NCBI GenBank assembly: GCA_023665605.1
Contig: JAMPDP010000001.1
Location: 456,115 to 520,114 of the forward strand
Reading direction: 5' to 3'
From: Candidatus Amulumruptor caecigallinarius
Lineage (GTDB): Bacteria; Bacteroidota; Bacteroidia; Bacteroidales; Muribaculaceae
DNA length: 64,000 nt
In this document: positions 29,150 to 39,454 of the stretch, piece by piece
Position numbering within the stretch: position 1 is the first letter of the stretch
How the letters are laid out: each line of letters opens with the position of its first letter
Made by a program: the position numbers and the translations under genes
Notes under the pieces: generated by a model
Database searches by the model: none
What the model was told of the DNA's origin: nothing
The model's input: the letters and a program-made list of their open reading frames with translations, nothing else

Positions 29150-31768
29150 TTACTTGCCGGTGATGATGGTGCGGATTTCGGCGAGCTTGTTCAGAGCCTG
29201 CAAGGGTGAAAGCGAATTGATGTCGATGCCCACTATCTCATCGCGCACGGCACTGAGCACGGGGTCATCGAGCTGGAAGATGCTCATCTGCATCCCCTCG
29301 GGCAGCTCCGTGGCGCGCCGAACGGCCTCGGTGGTATCGGTGGCTCCGGTGCGGTTGGCCTCCTCCAGCTTCCGTAGCACCTCGTCGGCACGCTTGAGGA
29401 TGCTCCGCGGCATACCTGCGAGCTTGGCCACATGGATGCCGAACGAGTGGGCGGAACCTCCCTTGGCGAGCTTGCGCAGAAACACCACTTTGCCATCTAT
29501 CTCCTTGACGGATACGTTATAGTTCACCACCCGCTCAAACGTGCGTTCCATCTCGTTCAGCTCATGGTAATGGGTGGCGAAGAGGGTTTTGGGGTGCATC
29601 TGCCCATACTCATGGATATACTCCACTATGGCCCAGGCGATGGAGATGCCATCGTAGGTGGAAGTGCCGCGTCCGAGCTCGTCAAAGAGTATCAGTGAGC
29701 GGGCACTCATATTGTTGAGGATAGAGGCTGCCTCGTTCATCTCCACCATGAAGGTGGACTCACCGAGCGAGATATTGTCGGAGGCACCCACGCGGGTGAA
29801 TATCTTGTCGACCACGCCGATGCGGGCACTGTCTGCCGCCACGTAACACCCTATCTGCGCCAACAGCACGTTGAGGGCAGTCTGTCGCAGCAACGCCGAC
29901 TTACCGCTCATATTGGGGCCGGTGATCATCATCACCTGCGTGGTGGCGTTGTCAAGGTGCACCGTGTTGCTGATGTACGGGTCGCCGGGAGGCAGTTCGC
30001 GCTCTATCACGGGATGGCGAGCCTCCACAAGGTCGATGCATAGCGAGTCGTCGACAATCGGGCGGTTGTAGCGGTTCTCTATCGCCACGCAGGTAAATGA
30101 TGAGAGCACGTCAAGACGCGCAACAAGCGCCGCATCAAGCTGTATTGCCTGAATGTATCCTCCGAGGTCGGCCACAAGTTTCTCATAGATACGGGCCTCA
30201 GTGGCCTCTATCTTTTCCTGGGCACCGAGTATCTTCTCCTCATAGTCCTTCAGCTCGGGAGTTATGTAACGCTCGGCGTTCACCAGAGTCTGCTTGCGTA
30301 TCCACTCGGCGGGCACCTTGTCGCGGTGGGTGTTGGTCACCTCGAAGTAATAGCCGAACACGTTGTTGTAACCCACCTTGAGGCTCGATATGCCGGTAAG
30401 CTCCACCTCGCGCTCCTGCATACGCTTGAGGTAGCTCTTGGAGTCACGCACTATCTCGCGCAGCTCATCAAGCTCAGGGTCGACGCCGGCACGCACCACC
30501 CCGCCGCTCTTCAGCTGTGACGGCGGGTCGTCGTTAAGCTCGCGGGCTATGCGTTCACGCAGTGCCGGCAGCTCGTTGAGCTGCTCGCCGATGGTATGCA
30601 GGGCTTCGTTGCCGCTCTCCAGACAGAGCTTGCGTATCGGTATAAGGGCTTCGAGCGCATTGCGCATCTGCACCACCTCGCGGGGAGTAATGCGCTGCGC
30701 GGCGGCTTTGCCCATAAGTCTTTCGAGGTCGCCGACACGCGCTATGGCCTCACGGAGCTCCTCGCGGGCATCGGGGTCGGTGAAGAAGTGCTCCACCACG
30801 TCAAGACGCCGGTTGATGGCGGCTACGTCGCGCAGCGGGAATGACATCCATCGCCGCAGCAACCGCGCGCCCATCGGACACACCGTGCGGTCTATCACAT
30901 CCAGCAGACTCTTCCCCTCATCGCCCATGCTCTTGAACAGCTCCAGATTACGCACCGTGAAGCGGTCAAGCCTCACGTAGCGTTCCTCCTCTATGCGCGA
31001 TATGGAGCGGATGTGGCTCGTGTGAGTGTGCTGAGTGATATCCAGATAATGCAGGATGGCGCCGGAGGCTATCACGGAATCCTTCATCTGATGGATGCCG
31101 AACCCCTTGAGCGAACCCGTTTCAAACTGCTTGAGCAGCCTGTCCATGGCGGCAGTCTCAGTGAAAATCCAGTCATCAAGCTCAAACGTGAGCATCCGCT
31201 GGGCTATCTCCTCGTCAAGGATATGCCGCTTGCCGCGCTCCACAAGCACCTCTTTCGGCGCGAAGGAGGTGAGCAGCTTCCCCACGTAGCCGAAATCGCC
31301 CTGAGCAGTGAGAAACTCGCCGGTGGAGATGTCAAGAAACGCCACACCGGCCTTGTCTCGGTCTATGTGGACGGCGGCAACGAAGTTGTTCTCGCGGTGG
31401 TTGAGCAGATTGTCGTTGATGGACACGCCGGGAGTCACCAGCTCGGTGATGCCGCGCTTCACCAGCTTTTTGGTCAGCTTGGGGTCTTCGAGCTGTTCGC
31501 ATATAGCCACACGCTTTCCTGCCCTCACCAGCTTGGGCAAGTAGGTGTCAAGGGCATGATGCGGAAATCCGGCGAGCTCAACATGCTGGGCGGCTCCGTT
31601 GGCGCGGCGCGTCAGCGTGATGCCAAGTATCTCGCTCGTGGTCACGGCATCGTCGGAAAACGTCTCATAGAAGTCGCCGACACGAAACAGAAGCACCGCG
31701 TCGGGATGCTTCCGTTTCATCTCGAGATACTGCTTCATCAAGGGTGTCTCGACGATTTTCTTGGCCAT
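29150..31768 (-). CDS. mutS: DNA mismatch repair protein MutS
   Basis: N-terminus [37 protein letters not shown]. Walker A GPNMSGKS. 872 aa. Confidence 0.93.
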   Translation of the reverse strand: MAKKIVETPLMKQYLEMKRKHPDAVLLFRVGDFYETFSDDAVTTSEILGITLTRRANGAAQHVELAGFPHHALDTYLPKLVRAGKRVAICEQLEDPKLTKKLVKRGITELVTPGVSINDNLLNHRENNFVAAVHIDRDKAGVAFLDISTGEFLTAQGDFGYVGKLLTSFAPKEVLVERGKRHILDEEIAQRMLTFELDDWIFTETAAMDRLLKQFETGSLKGFGIHQMKDSVIASGAILHYLDITQHTHTSHIRSISRIEEERYVRLDRFTVRNLELFKSMGDEGKSLLDVIDRTVCPMGARLLRRWMSFPLRDVAAINRRLDVVEHFFTDPDAREELREAIARVGDLERLMGKAAAQRITPREVVQMRNALEALIPIRKLCLESGNEALHTIGEQLNELPALRERIARELNDDPPSQLKSGGVVRAGVDPELDELREIVRDSKSYLKRMQEREVELTGISSLKVGYNNVFGYYFEVTNTHRDKVPAEWIRKQTLVNAERYITPELKDYEEKILGAQEKIEATEARIYEKLVADLGGYIQAIQLDAALVARLDVLSSFTCVAIENRYNRPIVDDSLCIDLVEARHPVIERELPPGDPYISNTVHLDNATTQVMMITGPNMSGKSALLRQTALNVLLAQIGCYVAADSARIGVVDKIFTRVGASDNISLGESTFMVEMNEAASILNNMSARSLILFDELGRGTSTYDGISIAWAIVEYIHEYGQMHPKTLFATHYHELNEMERTFERVVNYNVSVKEIDGKVVFLRKLAKGGSAHSFGIHVAKLAGMPRSILKRADEVLRKLEEANRTGATDTTEAVRRATELPEGMQMSIFQLDDPVLSAVRDEIVGIDINSLSPLQALNKLAEIRTIITGK

Positions 31769-31844
31769 ATAATGTCAGTTGGCTGTAGGGTAGTAAGAAC
31801 GTCTTATAAATATTATAAGGCTTATGCCTCCGTGACCATGACGG

Positions 31845-32378
31845 TCAGATCAGCTCCATGCCGCGAAGGATGGCCTCGCGGTTGATGTCAAGCAGGTTGT
31901 GATGACGCTCGGGAAGCACCTTCTTCAACCCCTTCATCACGCTCTCCACGGGCACAACGGGTACCACCTTGAGCAGCGCACCGAGCAGTATCATGTTGTA
32001 AGTCTTGATGTTCTGCATCTCAAGGGCGCAGTCCATGGCGTTCACCTCATAGAGCGAGATGTCCGTGCGCGTCGGCTTGTGGTGGATGCCGTAGGAGTCA
32101 TAAATCAGGATGCCTCCGGGCTTCACGCGGTGCTCGAACTTGTCAAGACTCTGCTGGTTGAGAATCACGGCTACATCATACGTGTCAAGCACGGGCGATG
32201 AAATCGGTTCGTCAGAGAGGATTACGGTGACATTGGCCGTGCCGCCGCGCTGCTCGGGACCGTATGAGGGCATCCAGGTCACTTCGAGGTTGTCCATCAG
32301 GCCGGCATAGGCAAGTATCTTGCCCATCGACAGCACGCCTTGTCCGCCAAAACCGGCTATGATTATCTCTTTCTTCAT
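31845..32378 (-). CDS. 2-oxoacid:ferredoxin oxidoreductase gamma subunit
   Basis: The fourth gene of the D-A-B-G operon order, with a POR-gamma fold sequence. 177 aa. Confidence 0.75.
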   Translation of the reverse strand: MKKEIIIAGFGGQGVLSMGKILAYAGLMDNLEVTWMPSYGPEQRGGTANVTVILSDEPISSPVLDTYDVAVILNQQSLDKFEHRVKPGGILIYDSYGIHHKPTRTDISLYEVNAMDCALEMQNIKTYNMILLGALLKVVPVVPVESVMKGLKKVLPERHHNLLDINREAILRGMELI

Positions 32379-33199
32379 TTCTGAGTTGCGTTAGTCGCAC
32401 AGGTCACCGTGGCCTGCGGGGCGGCGGGTGCGGGGTTGACGGTGTTCTTCAGGTCGCCGAGGGGGTACTTGGCAAACATATGCTCGGCCATCCACTCATT
32501 AGCGGCGGCGGGGCTCATCTTCCAGCCGGAGTTGCAGGTTGACACCACCTCCACCACCGATGTGCCACGACCATCCATGGCGTTCTTGAAGGCTTGCTTG
32601 ATGGCGGCCTTGGTCTTGCGCACGGCGGCAGGGGTGTGCACGGCCTGACGGGTCACGTAGCAAGTGCCGTCAAGCTGAGCCAGCAGGTTGGAGATGGGCA
32701 GCGGATAACCGTTCAGGTCGATGCGGCGACCGTAGGGCGACGTGGAGGTCTTCATACCCTCCAGCGTGGTGGGCGACATTTGGCCGCCGGTCATGCCGTA
32801 GATACCGTTATTGATGAATATGATGGCTATGTTCTCGCCGCGGTTCGACGCATGGATACTCTCGGCGGTGCCGATGGCGGCAAGGTCGCCGTCACCCTGG
32901 TAGGTAAACACCATGCGGTCAGGGTTCAGGCGCTTCACGGCGGTAGCTATCGCGGGGGCACGCCCATGGGCGGCCTCTATCCAGTCTATGTCTATGTAGT
33001 TGTAGGCAAACACCGCGCATCCCACCGGGGCTATGCCGATGGTCTTATCTTCAAGCCCCATCTCCTCCACAATCTCGGCAATGAGCTTGTGGACTACTCC
33101 GTGGGAGCAGCCGGGGCAATAGTGCATGGTGTTCTGGTTGAGCAGCCGGGGGCGCTCATACACCTTGGTGCCTTTCTCTTTGATTTCTTCGAGTGTCAT
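32375..33199 (-). CDS. 2-oxoacid:ferredoxin oxidoreductase beta (TPP-binding) subunit
   Basis: TPP-binding GDG motif ([11 protein letters not shown]). Confidence 0.8.
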   Translation of the reverse strand: MTLEEIKEKGTKVYERPRLLNQNTMHYCPGCSHGVVHKLIAEIVEEMGLEDKTIGIAPVGCAVFAYNYIDIDWIEAAHGRAPAIATAVKRLNPDRMVFTYQGDGDLAAIGTAESIHASNRGENIAIIFINNGIYGMTGGQMSPTTLEGMKTSTSPYGRRIDLNGYPLPISNLLAQLDGTCYVTRQAVHTPAAVRKTKAAIKQAFKNAMDGRGTSVVEVVSTCNSGWKMSPAAANEWMAEHMFAKYPLGDLKNTVNPAPAAPQATVTCATNATQK

Positions 33200-33210
33200 G
33201 TCGCAGAGGG

Positions 33211-34326
33211 TTAGCAGTGGCAGTTGGACTCCTTGTTGACTTTGGCCTCGGGGAAGTCACGCAGCAGTGCTTCGGACACTTCCGAGGGATTGGGCACGAT
33301 ACCCCCCATGCGCCCGTAGTAGGTCACGGGCACGCGGCCGTTCACGGCCAGGCGCACATCCTCCACCATCTGTCCGGCGTTGATTTCCACCGTCAGCACT
33401 CCCTTGACGCGCTCGCTCAGGCGTGCTATCTCCTTGGTGGGGAAGGGCCAGAGGGTGATGGGTCTCAGCAGACCTACCTTGATGCCCTCTTTGCGCATCT
33501 CCTCAATGGCTTTGAGGCAGATGCGGGCTATCGACCCGAAGGCCACTATCAGGTACTCGCAGTCGTCGGTGTAATACTCCTGATAGCGTACCTCGCTCTC
33601 GCGTATAAGGTTGTAAGCATCCTGCAGGCGGTGGTTGTTCACCTCCATCGCGGTGCTCTCCAGCTCCAGCGTGGTCATGATGTTGGGCTTGCGTGTGGCC
33701 GGCTTGCCGGTCACGGCCCACGGGCACTGCTCGGCAATCTCGCGGTCGGTGCGACGGGGACGCTGCGGCGGGAGCACCACCTTCTCCATCATCTGACCCA
33801 CGATGCCGTCAGCAAGTATCATCGCCGGGGTGCGATATTTGAACGCCAGGTCAAACCCTAACCCCACGAAGTCTGCCATCTCCTGCACCGACGAGGGCGC
33901 CAGCACTATCAGGTGATAGTCGCCGTGGCCGCCACCCTTGGTAGCCTGGAAATAGTCGGCCTGCGAGGGCTGAATGGTACCCAGACCGGGGCCGCCGCGC
34001 ATCACATTGATGATCAGGGCCGGTAGTGACCCTGCGGCGATATATGATATGCCCTCCTGCTTGAGGCTCACGCCCGGACTGGAGGAGGAGGTCATCACGG
34101 CTTTGCCCGTGGAGGCGCCGCCGTACACCATGTTGATGGCAGCGACCTCACTCTCTGCCTGGAGCACCACCATGCCGGTGGTCTCCCACGGCATCAGTGC
34201 CTCAAGGGTCTCGAGGATTTCGCTCTGAGGGGTGATGGGGTAGCCGAAGTAGCCGTCTGCGCCATAGCGCACGGCTGCATGGGCTATCGCCTCGTTACCC
34301 TTCATCAGTCTAACTTCTTCATCCAT
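33211..34326 (-). CDS. 2-oxoacid:ferredoxin oxidoreductase alpha subunit
   Basis: POR N-terminal domain (MKGNEAIAHAAVRYGADGYFGYPITPQSE). Confidence 0.8.
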   Translation of the reverse strand: MDEEVRLMKGNEAIAHAAVRYGADGYFGYPITPQSEILETLEALMPWETTGMVVLQAESEVAAINMVYGGASTGKAVMTSSSSPGVSLKQEGISYIAAGSLPALIINVMRGGPGLGTIQPSQADYFQATKGGGHGDYHLIVLAPSSVQEMADFVGLGFDLAFKYRTPAMILADGIVGQMMEKVVLPPQRPRRTDREIAEQCPWAVTGKPATRKPNIMTTLELESTAMEVNNHRLQDAYNLIRESEVRYQEYYTDDCEYLIVAFGSIARICLKAIEEMRKEGIKVGLLRPITLWPFPTKEIARLSERVKGVLTVEINAGQMVEDVRLAVNGRVPVTYYGRMGGIVPNPSEVSEALLRDFPEAKVNKESNCHC

Positions 34327-34394
34327 ATGTGTGTATCTGTCGAGAGATGTTTCTGCGGTTGGTGTTGTCGGGTTTTGGATATGAGGGATGGGAG

Positions 34395-34625
34395 TCAGTC
34401 AACCTTGGCACGATACACCGTGATGCACGCGTCAGGACATACCAGCGCGCACGATGCACAGCCTATGCACTTGTCGGGATGCGCCATGAAGGCGTAGTGG
34501 TAGCCTCGGTCGTTGACCTCCTTGGGCTGGAGAAGCAGCACGTCGGTGGGACATGCCACCACGCAAAGGTCACAACCTTTGCACCTCTCCCGGTTGATTT
34601 CAACCGCACCTATGACTTTTGCCAT
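34395..34625 (-). CDS. 2-oxoacid:ferredoxin oxidoreductase delta subunit (2x[4Fe-4S] ferredoxin)
   Basis: The start was trimmed to MAKVIGAVEINRERCKGCDLCVVACP. A second CxxCxxCxxxCP motif is present. Confidence 0.7.
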   Translation of the reverse strand: MAKVIGAVEINRERCKGCDLCVVACPTDVLLLQPKEVNDRGYHYAFMAHPDKCIGCASCALVCPDACITVYRAKVD

Positions 34626-35064
34626 TCTGCTTGATAAATGATGGAAGTGATGATATGTAAACGTTCCACAAATATACGGCATATTTTCAGATTTGTGACC
34701 GCAATTTACCACACATTAACATAAGGCACACCATCGCCCCAAACGTGCAATCCCCGTCCCTGCCCAGCTATCATAGACCTTCCAATAATAGCGATGCAAT
34801 CATACCCTCTCGGAGCGCCGGAGGCGCGGGGTTGTCAGAAACCCCAGGTGGAGCGTCAGCGGAACCTGGGGTAAAGGAGACAGCAGGCGCGGCAGCTTCG
34901 TAGAAGTGTCTTGTGGAAAACAATAGTGCGACAACAGCGAGATTTTCTGATGCGGCTGTCACGGAAATTCACTAAATTTGCAGTGAGGTAAACGCTCATC
35001 CACGTTTCGCTTATCTCTCAAGTAACAATATTACACTCTTACACACCCATTAAAGCAGAAAACA

Positions 35065-35994
35065 ATGTCAAAGGTTACAGTTGTAGGCGCCGGCAACGTA
35101 GGCGCAACCTGCGCCAATGTTCTGGTTACCAACCAGGTGGCTGACGAAGTAGTGCTCATCGACATCAAGGAGGGTCTCTCCGAGGGCAAGGCAATGGACA
35201 TCATGCAGACAGCCAACATCCTCGGCATCAACACCCGCCTTACCGGCGTCACCAACGACTATGAGAAGACCGCCGGCTCTGACATGGTTGTCATCACATC
35301 CGGTATCCCCCGCAAGCCCGGCATGACGCGCGAGGAGCTCATCGGCGTCAACGCAGGCATCGTCAAGTCAGTGACCGACAGCGTCCTCAAGTATAGCCCC
35401 AACGCCATCATCCTCTGCGTGTCCAACCCCATGGACACCATGACATACCTCATCCACAAGGTATCCGGACTCCCCAAGAACCGCATCATCGGTATGGGCG
35501 GTGCCCTTGACAGCGCCCGCTTCAAGTATTTCCTCAGCCTGGCTCTCGGCGCTAACGCCACTGAGGTTGAGGGCATCGTAATCGGTGGTCACGGCGACAC
35601 CACCATGATTCCTCTGGTGCGCTACGCCGCTTACCGTGGCATCCCCGCCGCTACCCTCCTTCCCGCCGACACAATGGCAAAGGTTGCCGCTGACACCATG
35701 GTAGGTGGTGCCACCCTCACCAAGCTCCTCGGCACATCCGCATGGTACGCCCCCGGCGCCGCTGCCGCTCAGGTAGTAGCAGCAGTGCTCCACGACCAGA
35801 AGAAGCTCATCAGCTGCTCCGCTCTGCTCGATGGCGAGTATGGTCAGAAGGATCTCTGCATCGGCGTCCCCTGCATCCTCGGCAAGAACGGCATCGAGAA
35901 GATTGTCGAGTTTGACCTCAACGCTGACGAGAAGGAGCTCTTCAACAAGAGCGCCGAGGCTGTCCACAAGACCAACGCCGCCCTCAACGCTTAA
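35065..35994 (+). CDS. mdh: Malate dehydrogenase (LDH/MDH family, NAD-dependent)
   Basis: MSKVTVVGAGNVGATCA Rossmann motif. 309 aa. A terminator lies at about 36030-36062. Confidence 0.88.
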   Translation: MSKVTVVGAGNVGATCANVLVTNQVADEVVLIDIKEGLSEGKAMDIMQTANILGINTRLTGVTNDYEKTAGSDMVVITSGIPRKPGMTREELIGVNAGIVKSVTDSVLKYSPNAIILCVSNPMDTMTYLIHKVSGLPKNRIIGMGGALDSARFKYFLSLALGANATEVEGIVIGGHGDTTMIPLVRYAAYRGIPAATLLPADTMAKVAADTMVGGATLTKLLGTSAWYAPGAAAAQVVAAVLHDQKKLISCSALLDGEYGQKDLCIGVPCILGKNGIEKIVEFDLNADEKELFNKSAEAVHKTNAALNA

Positions 35995-36088
35995 TTCGCA
36001 CTAACATTCCTCTATATAAACACGCGCGGAAGCCAACTCAACGGCTCCCGCGCTTGTTTTATCAACATTAGAGCTTGTGTAATTTAGA

Positions 36089-36215
36089 GGGTGTTGCAAA
36101 ACCATCGGCTTGTAGGGATGCACCGTGGTGCATCCGGCGCAACAATCTGTAAATAAGCGGACGCACCGCGGTGCATCTCTACAAATTGACGGAAATTGCC
36201 GATTTTGCAACACCC
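36089..36215 (+). repeat. Family-A palindromic intergenic repeat element, copy 1 (about 127 bp). It has terminal inverted repeats GGGTGTTGCAAAACC/GGTTTTGCAACACCC and an internal GCACCGTGGTGCATCC palindrome.
   Basis: Near-identical copies at 46600-46725 (same orientation) and 49967-50093 (inverted). All three are followed by (C/T)CGATTTACAAC. Confidence 0.85.
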
Positions 36216-36290
36216 CCGATTTACAACATAGCCTCCGCCATCAATAGATTATCTAACAACCGCTTAAACTTCAATAAATGCTTTAAAAAC

Positions 36291-36746
36291 ATGAAACGTC
36301 TTTTCATATCACTCATGGCAGTAGCTGCCATATCACTCTGTGGCGCTTGCCAATCCAACGGTGCAAAGGCTGAAACTGCCCCCAATGTCTCCCCGAAGGC
36401 GGCATCCACCGGAGCTGTCACTGCTGACAATGCCACCTCCGCATCCGCTGCTGACGACGGCGTAAATGCCTCGCTCCCTACGGTCTACGATTTCTCGGCC
36501 AAATGGTGCGGCCCCTGCCGGGTGTTCGCCCCGACATGGTCCAAGGTGGCAAAGGAGTATGCCGCTAAGGCCAACTTCATCAAGGTTGACGTTGACGAGA
36601 ACCCGCAGATGGCCCAGTACTACGGCATCCGCTCCATCCCCACCGTGGTTGTGGTCGACAAGGAGAACGTGGTGCTCGGAGGACGCATGGGCCTCATGGA
36701 CGAGGAGGAATTCAAGGCGTTCCTCAAAGCCACTCTCGACTTCTGA
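36291..36746 (+). CDS. Thioredoxin-family lipoprotein (WCGPC active site)
   Basis: The start was trimmed to MKRLFISLMAVAAISLCGAC. Motif WCGPCR. The 5' part of the track ORF is a repeat-derived artefact. Confidence 0.8.
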   Translation: MKRLFISLMAVAAISLCGACQSNGAKAETAPNVSPKAASTGAVTADNATSASAADDGVNASLPTVYDFSAKWCGPCRVFAPTWSKVAKEYAAKANFIKVDVDENPQMAQYYGIRSIPTVVVVDKENVVLGGRMGLMDEEEFKAFLKATLDF

Positions 36747-36760
36747 GCATCGGCTCTCGC

Positions 36761-38053
36761 TCACTCGCCCCAGCGACGACGCAGCGGGTAGCGGTTCGGG
36801 TGCATCAGCAGGCGCAGCGACGTGGAGTAGGTGAAGTACGCCCAGATCCAGTTGATGAACACCGTCAGCTTGTTGCGCATGCCAAGTATGGATATCAGGT
36901 GCACAAACATCCATGTCACCCACGCGGGACGCCCGTAGAGGTGGATATGCTTCAGGTCGGCCACGGCACGGTTACGCCCCACGGTGGCCATTGACCCCTT
37001 GTCTACATACTTGAAGGGGCGCGTGAAGCTCCCGGCATTGATGTTGCGGGCAAGGTTGTGGGCCTGCTGGATGGCTACCTGCGCCAGCTGCGGATGCCCC
37101 TTGGGGTGCTCGTCGTCGATGATAAGCGAAATATCGCCGATGGCATACACATCCGTAAGCCCCTTCACTCGATTATACTCATCGGTGAGGAAGCGCGCAC
37201 CTGGACCGCGCTTCACGTCGGTGCCGGTCATGGAGAAGGGTACTCCGGTCACGCCGGCGGTCCACACTACTGTCTCGGAATAGATCTTGCCGCCGTCACG
37301 CAGTGTCACCACATTATCCTCATAGCTGTCCATCAGGGTGCCAAGACGCACCTCCACCATCAGGTGTCCCAGATACTCAAGGGCGTGCGCTGATGACTCC
37401 TCGCTCATGGTGCGCAGCAGTCGGTCGGTGCCCTCCAAGAGGATGATATGCACATCGTCCACCGAAATCTCGGGATACTCGCGCTTGAGAATGTAGCGCT
37501 TCATCTCCCCCAAGGCTCCGGCTACCTCCACGCCCGTAGGGCCGCCTCCTATCACCACGAAGCTCAGCAGTCGCTTCCTCTCCTCAGGGTCGGTGCAGAT
37601 GGATGCACGCTCCAGGCGGTCAAGCACTTCGTTGCGCAGACGGATAGCCTCGGCAGCACTCTTGAGCGTGAACACGCGCTTGAGCAGCTCGTCATTGCCG
37701 AAGAAATTGTTGGTAGTGCCTCCGGCTATCACCAGCGAGTTGTAGGGAATGCGCTCATATTGGGTCTCAACCCACTTTTCGGCCACATTAACGGTCTTCA
37801 CTTCGCCGATATGATAGCGGCAACCGCGAACCGACCCCTTGCGCATCTCCCGGCGGAACGGAAAGGAGATGCTGCCCGGATCAAGACCGCTCGAGGCTAT
37901 CTGATAAAATAGCGGCGGGAAGCTGTGGAAGTTGTTGGTGTCGACCAGGATGACCTCCCAGGCCTTCTTGTCGATTTTCTTGGCGAAGTTCAGGCCGGCA
38001 AAGCCGCCCCCGATTATCACCATGCGCTGACGTTGGCTGTTCTGTGGTGTCAT
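36761..38053 (-). CDS. ndh: Type II NADH:quinone oxidoreductase (NDH-2)
   Basis: Two Rossmann GxGxxG motifs (IIGGGFAGL, VIGGGPTGVE). 430 aa. Confidence 0.8.
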   Translation of the reverse strand: MTPQNSQRQRMVIIGGGFAGLNFAKKIDKKAWEVILVDTNNFHSFPPLFYQIASSGLDPGSISFPFRREMRKGSVRGCRYHIGEVKTVNVAEKWVETQYERIPYNSLVIAGGTTNNFFGNDELLKRVFTLKSAAEAIRLRNEVLDRLERASICTDPEERKRLLSFVVIGGGPTGVEVAGALGEMKRYILKREYPEISVDDVHIILLEGTDRLLRTMSEESSAHALEYLGHLMVEVRLGTLMDSYEDNVVTLRDGGKIYSETVVWTAGVTGVPFSMTGTDVKRGPGARFLTDEYNRVKGLTDVYAIGDISLIIDDEHPKGHPQLAQVAIQQAHNLARNINAGSFTRPFKYVDKGSMATVGRNRAVADLKHIHLYGRPAWVTWMFVHLISILGMRNKLTVFINWIWAYFTYSTSLRLLMHPNRYPLRRRWGE

Positions 38054-38074
38054 TAAGTGAATATATAGTGTTCT

Positions 38075-39454
38075 TTACCTATTGGAACTCTCTGTTTTGA
38101 GTGGTGAGGAGGAGACGGATGAGGAAGTTGTCGGGAGCGGTGCCGCTACGGCGAACGATGCGGCGAGCCGCCGCTTCACGCCCGGCCACATGGCACTCTG
38201 CACAACCCCGCGGGTGAACAGGTAAGCCACAAAGGCAAGCCACAGTCCGTGGTTACCCATAGGAGGATATGCTAATGCATAGGTCACGAAAAACACGGCG
38301 GCAGCAACGCCCATCGAGGCAAGCATTAGCCGGTTGAGGGTGGCCCCGATCATCACGCCGTCCCAGGTCATCGCCGCAAATCCGGCAAGCGGCACTATGA
38401 ACGCCCACCCTTCATACTCACGGGCCGTGAGAACCACCTGATGCTCGTCGCTGAGTATCCCCAGCAGCCACTCCCCGCCTATTATATATGCCACGGTGAA
38501 GAGCAGGGCCAACAGGCCGCTCCACTTCAGCAGACCGGCTACGCTTCGCCGCAGACCAGCCATGTCGCGGGCTCCCACGTCGCGGCCCACTATAGCCTCG
38601 CCGGCGTAAGCCACGCCATCCATCATGTAGCTGAACAACATGAACAGCTGCATTAGCATGGCGTTGGCTGCAAGCATCACGCTCCCCTGCGCAGCCCCGG
38701 TGCGGGTAAACCACACGGTGACGGCCACCAGACACAGCGTGCGCAGAAACACCGCGGTGTTCACCTTGACAAGAGCCCCGAGGTCGCGGGTACGTGTAGC
38801 TTCGCGCAGACTGATGTGCGGCAGTCCGCTGCGCATGGCTACTATGAGGAGCATCAGCGCCCCCGTCCACTGCGCCACGAGCGTGCCGGTCGCCACGCCC
38901 TTGATTTTCCAGCCAAGCCCGAACACGAGCAACAGACTCACCAGGATGTTGGTGATGTTGATCACAAAGGATGTCCACATCGCTATCCGTGAGTTCTGTC
39001 GCCCGAGAAACCAGCCGGTAAGGGCGTAGGTCGAGAGCACCGCCGGCGCCCCGAGGATCAGTATGCTCACATACTGCCGGGTCAGCCCCTCGGTGGCTTG
39101 CGCCGGGTCAACGAAGGCTATCAGCTTGTCGCCGTAGATGGGTGACAGTGCTATAATCAGCACTCCGATGCCCGCGGCAAGCAGCAGCTCGCGGACAAGC
39201 AGCAAGGCCTGCGCGTGAAGGTCGCCCCTTCCCCAGGCCTGCGCCGTAAGGCCGCTCGCACTCATCCGCAGAAATCCCATCAACCAGTACACCATGTTGA
39301 GCACCATGCTCCCCACGGCTATTGCGGCAAGATAGGCGGGATTGCCCATATGCCCGGTAATGGCCACGTCAATCAACCCCAATAGTGGCGTGGTCACATT
39401 GGTGATGACTGACGGTACGGCGATGCGCAGTATGTCGCGGTTTACCTTATTCAA
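38075..39454 (-). CDS. MATE-family multidrug/oligosaccharide efflux transporter
   Basis: 12 predicted TM helices with MatE-type repeats. 459 aa. Confidence 0.75.
   Translation of the reverse strand: MNKVNRDILRIAVPSVITNVTTPLLGLIDVAITGHMGNPAYLAAIAVGSMVLNMVYWLMGFLRMSASGLTAQAWGRGDLHAQALLLVRELLLAAGIGVLIIALSPIYGDKLIAFVDPAQATEGLTRQYVSILILGAPAVLSTYALTGWFLGRQNSRIAMWTSFVINITNILVSLLLVFGLGWKIKGVATGTLVAQWTGALMLLIVAMRSGLPHISLREATRTRDLGALVKVNTAVFLRTLCLVAVTVWFTRTGAAQGSVMLAANAMLMQLFMLFSYMMDGVAYAGEAIVGRDVGARDMAGLRRSVAGLLKWSGLLALLFTVAYIIGGEWLLGILSDEHQVVLTAREYEGWAFIVPLAGFAAMTWDGVMIGATLNRLMLASMGVAAAVFFVTYALAYPPMGNHGLWLAFVAYLFTRGVVQSAMWPGVKRRLAASFAVAAPLPTTSSSVSSSPLKTESSNR

Noticed and set aside
36001-36290. Small ORFs through the repeat elements: 36001-36213, 36171-36290, 46634-46816, 49760-50057, 42053-42262 and 54285-54617.
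   Set aside because: Their only conserved parts are encoded by the repeats themselves (MH.YKLTEIA.FATP, GFRGYGKSASCGRS) and appear in both orientations. They are artefacts of the family A and B repeats.
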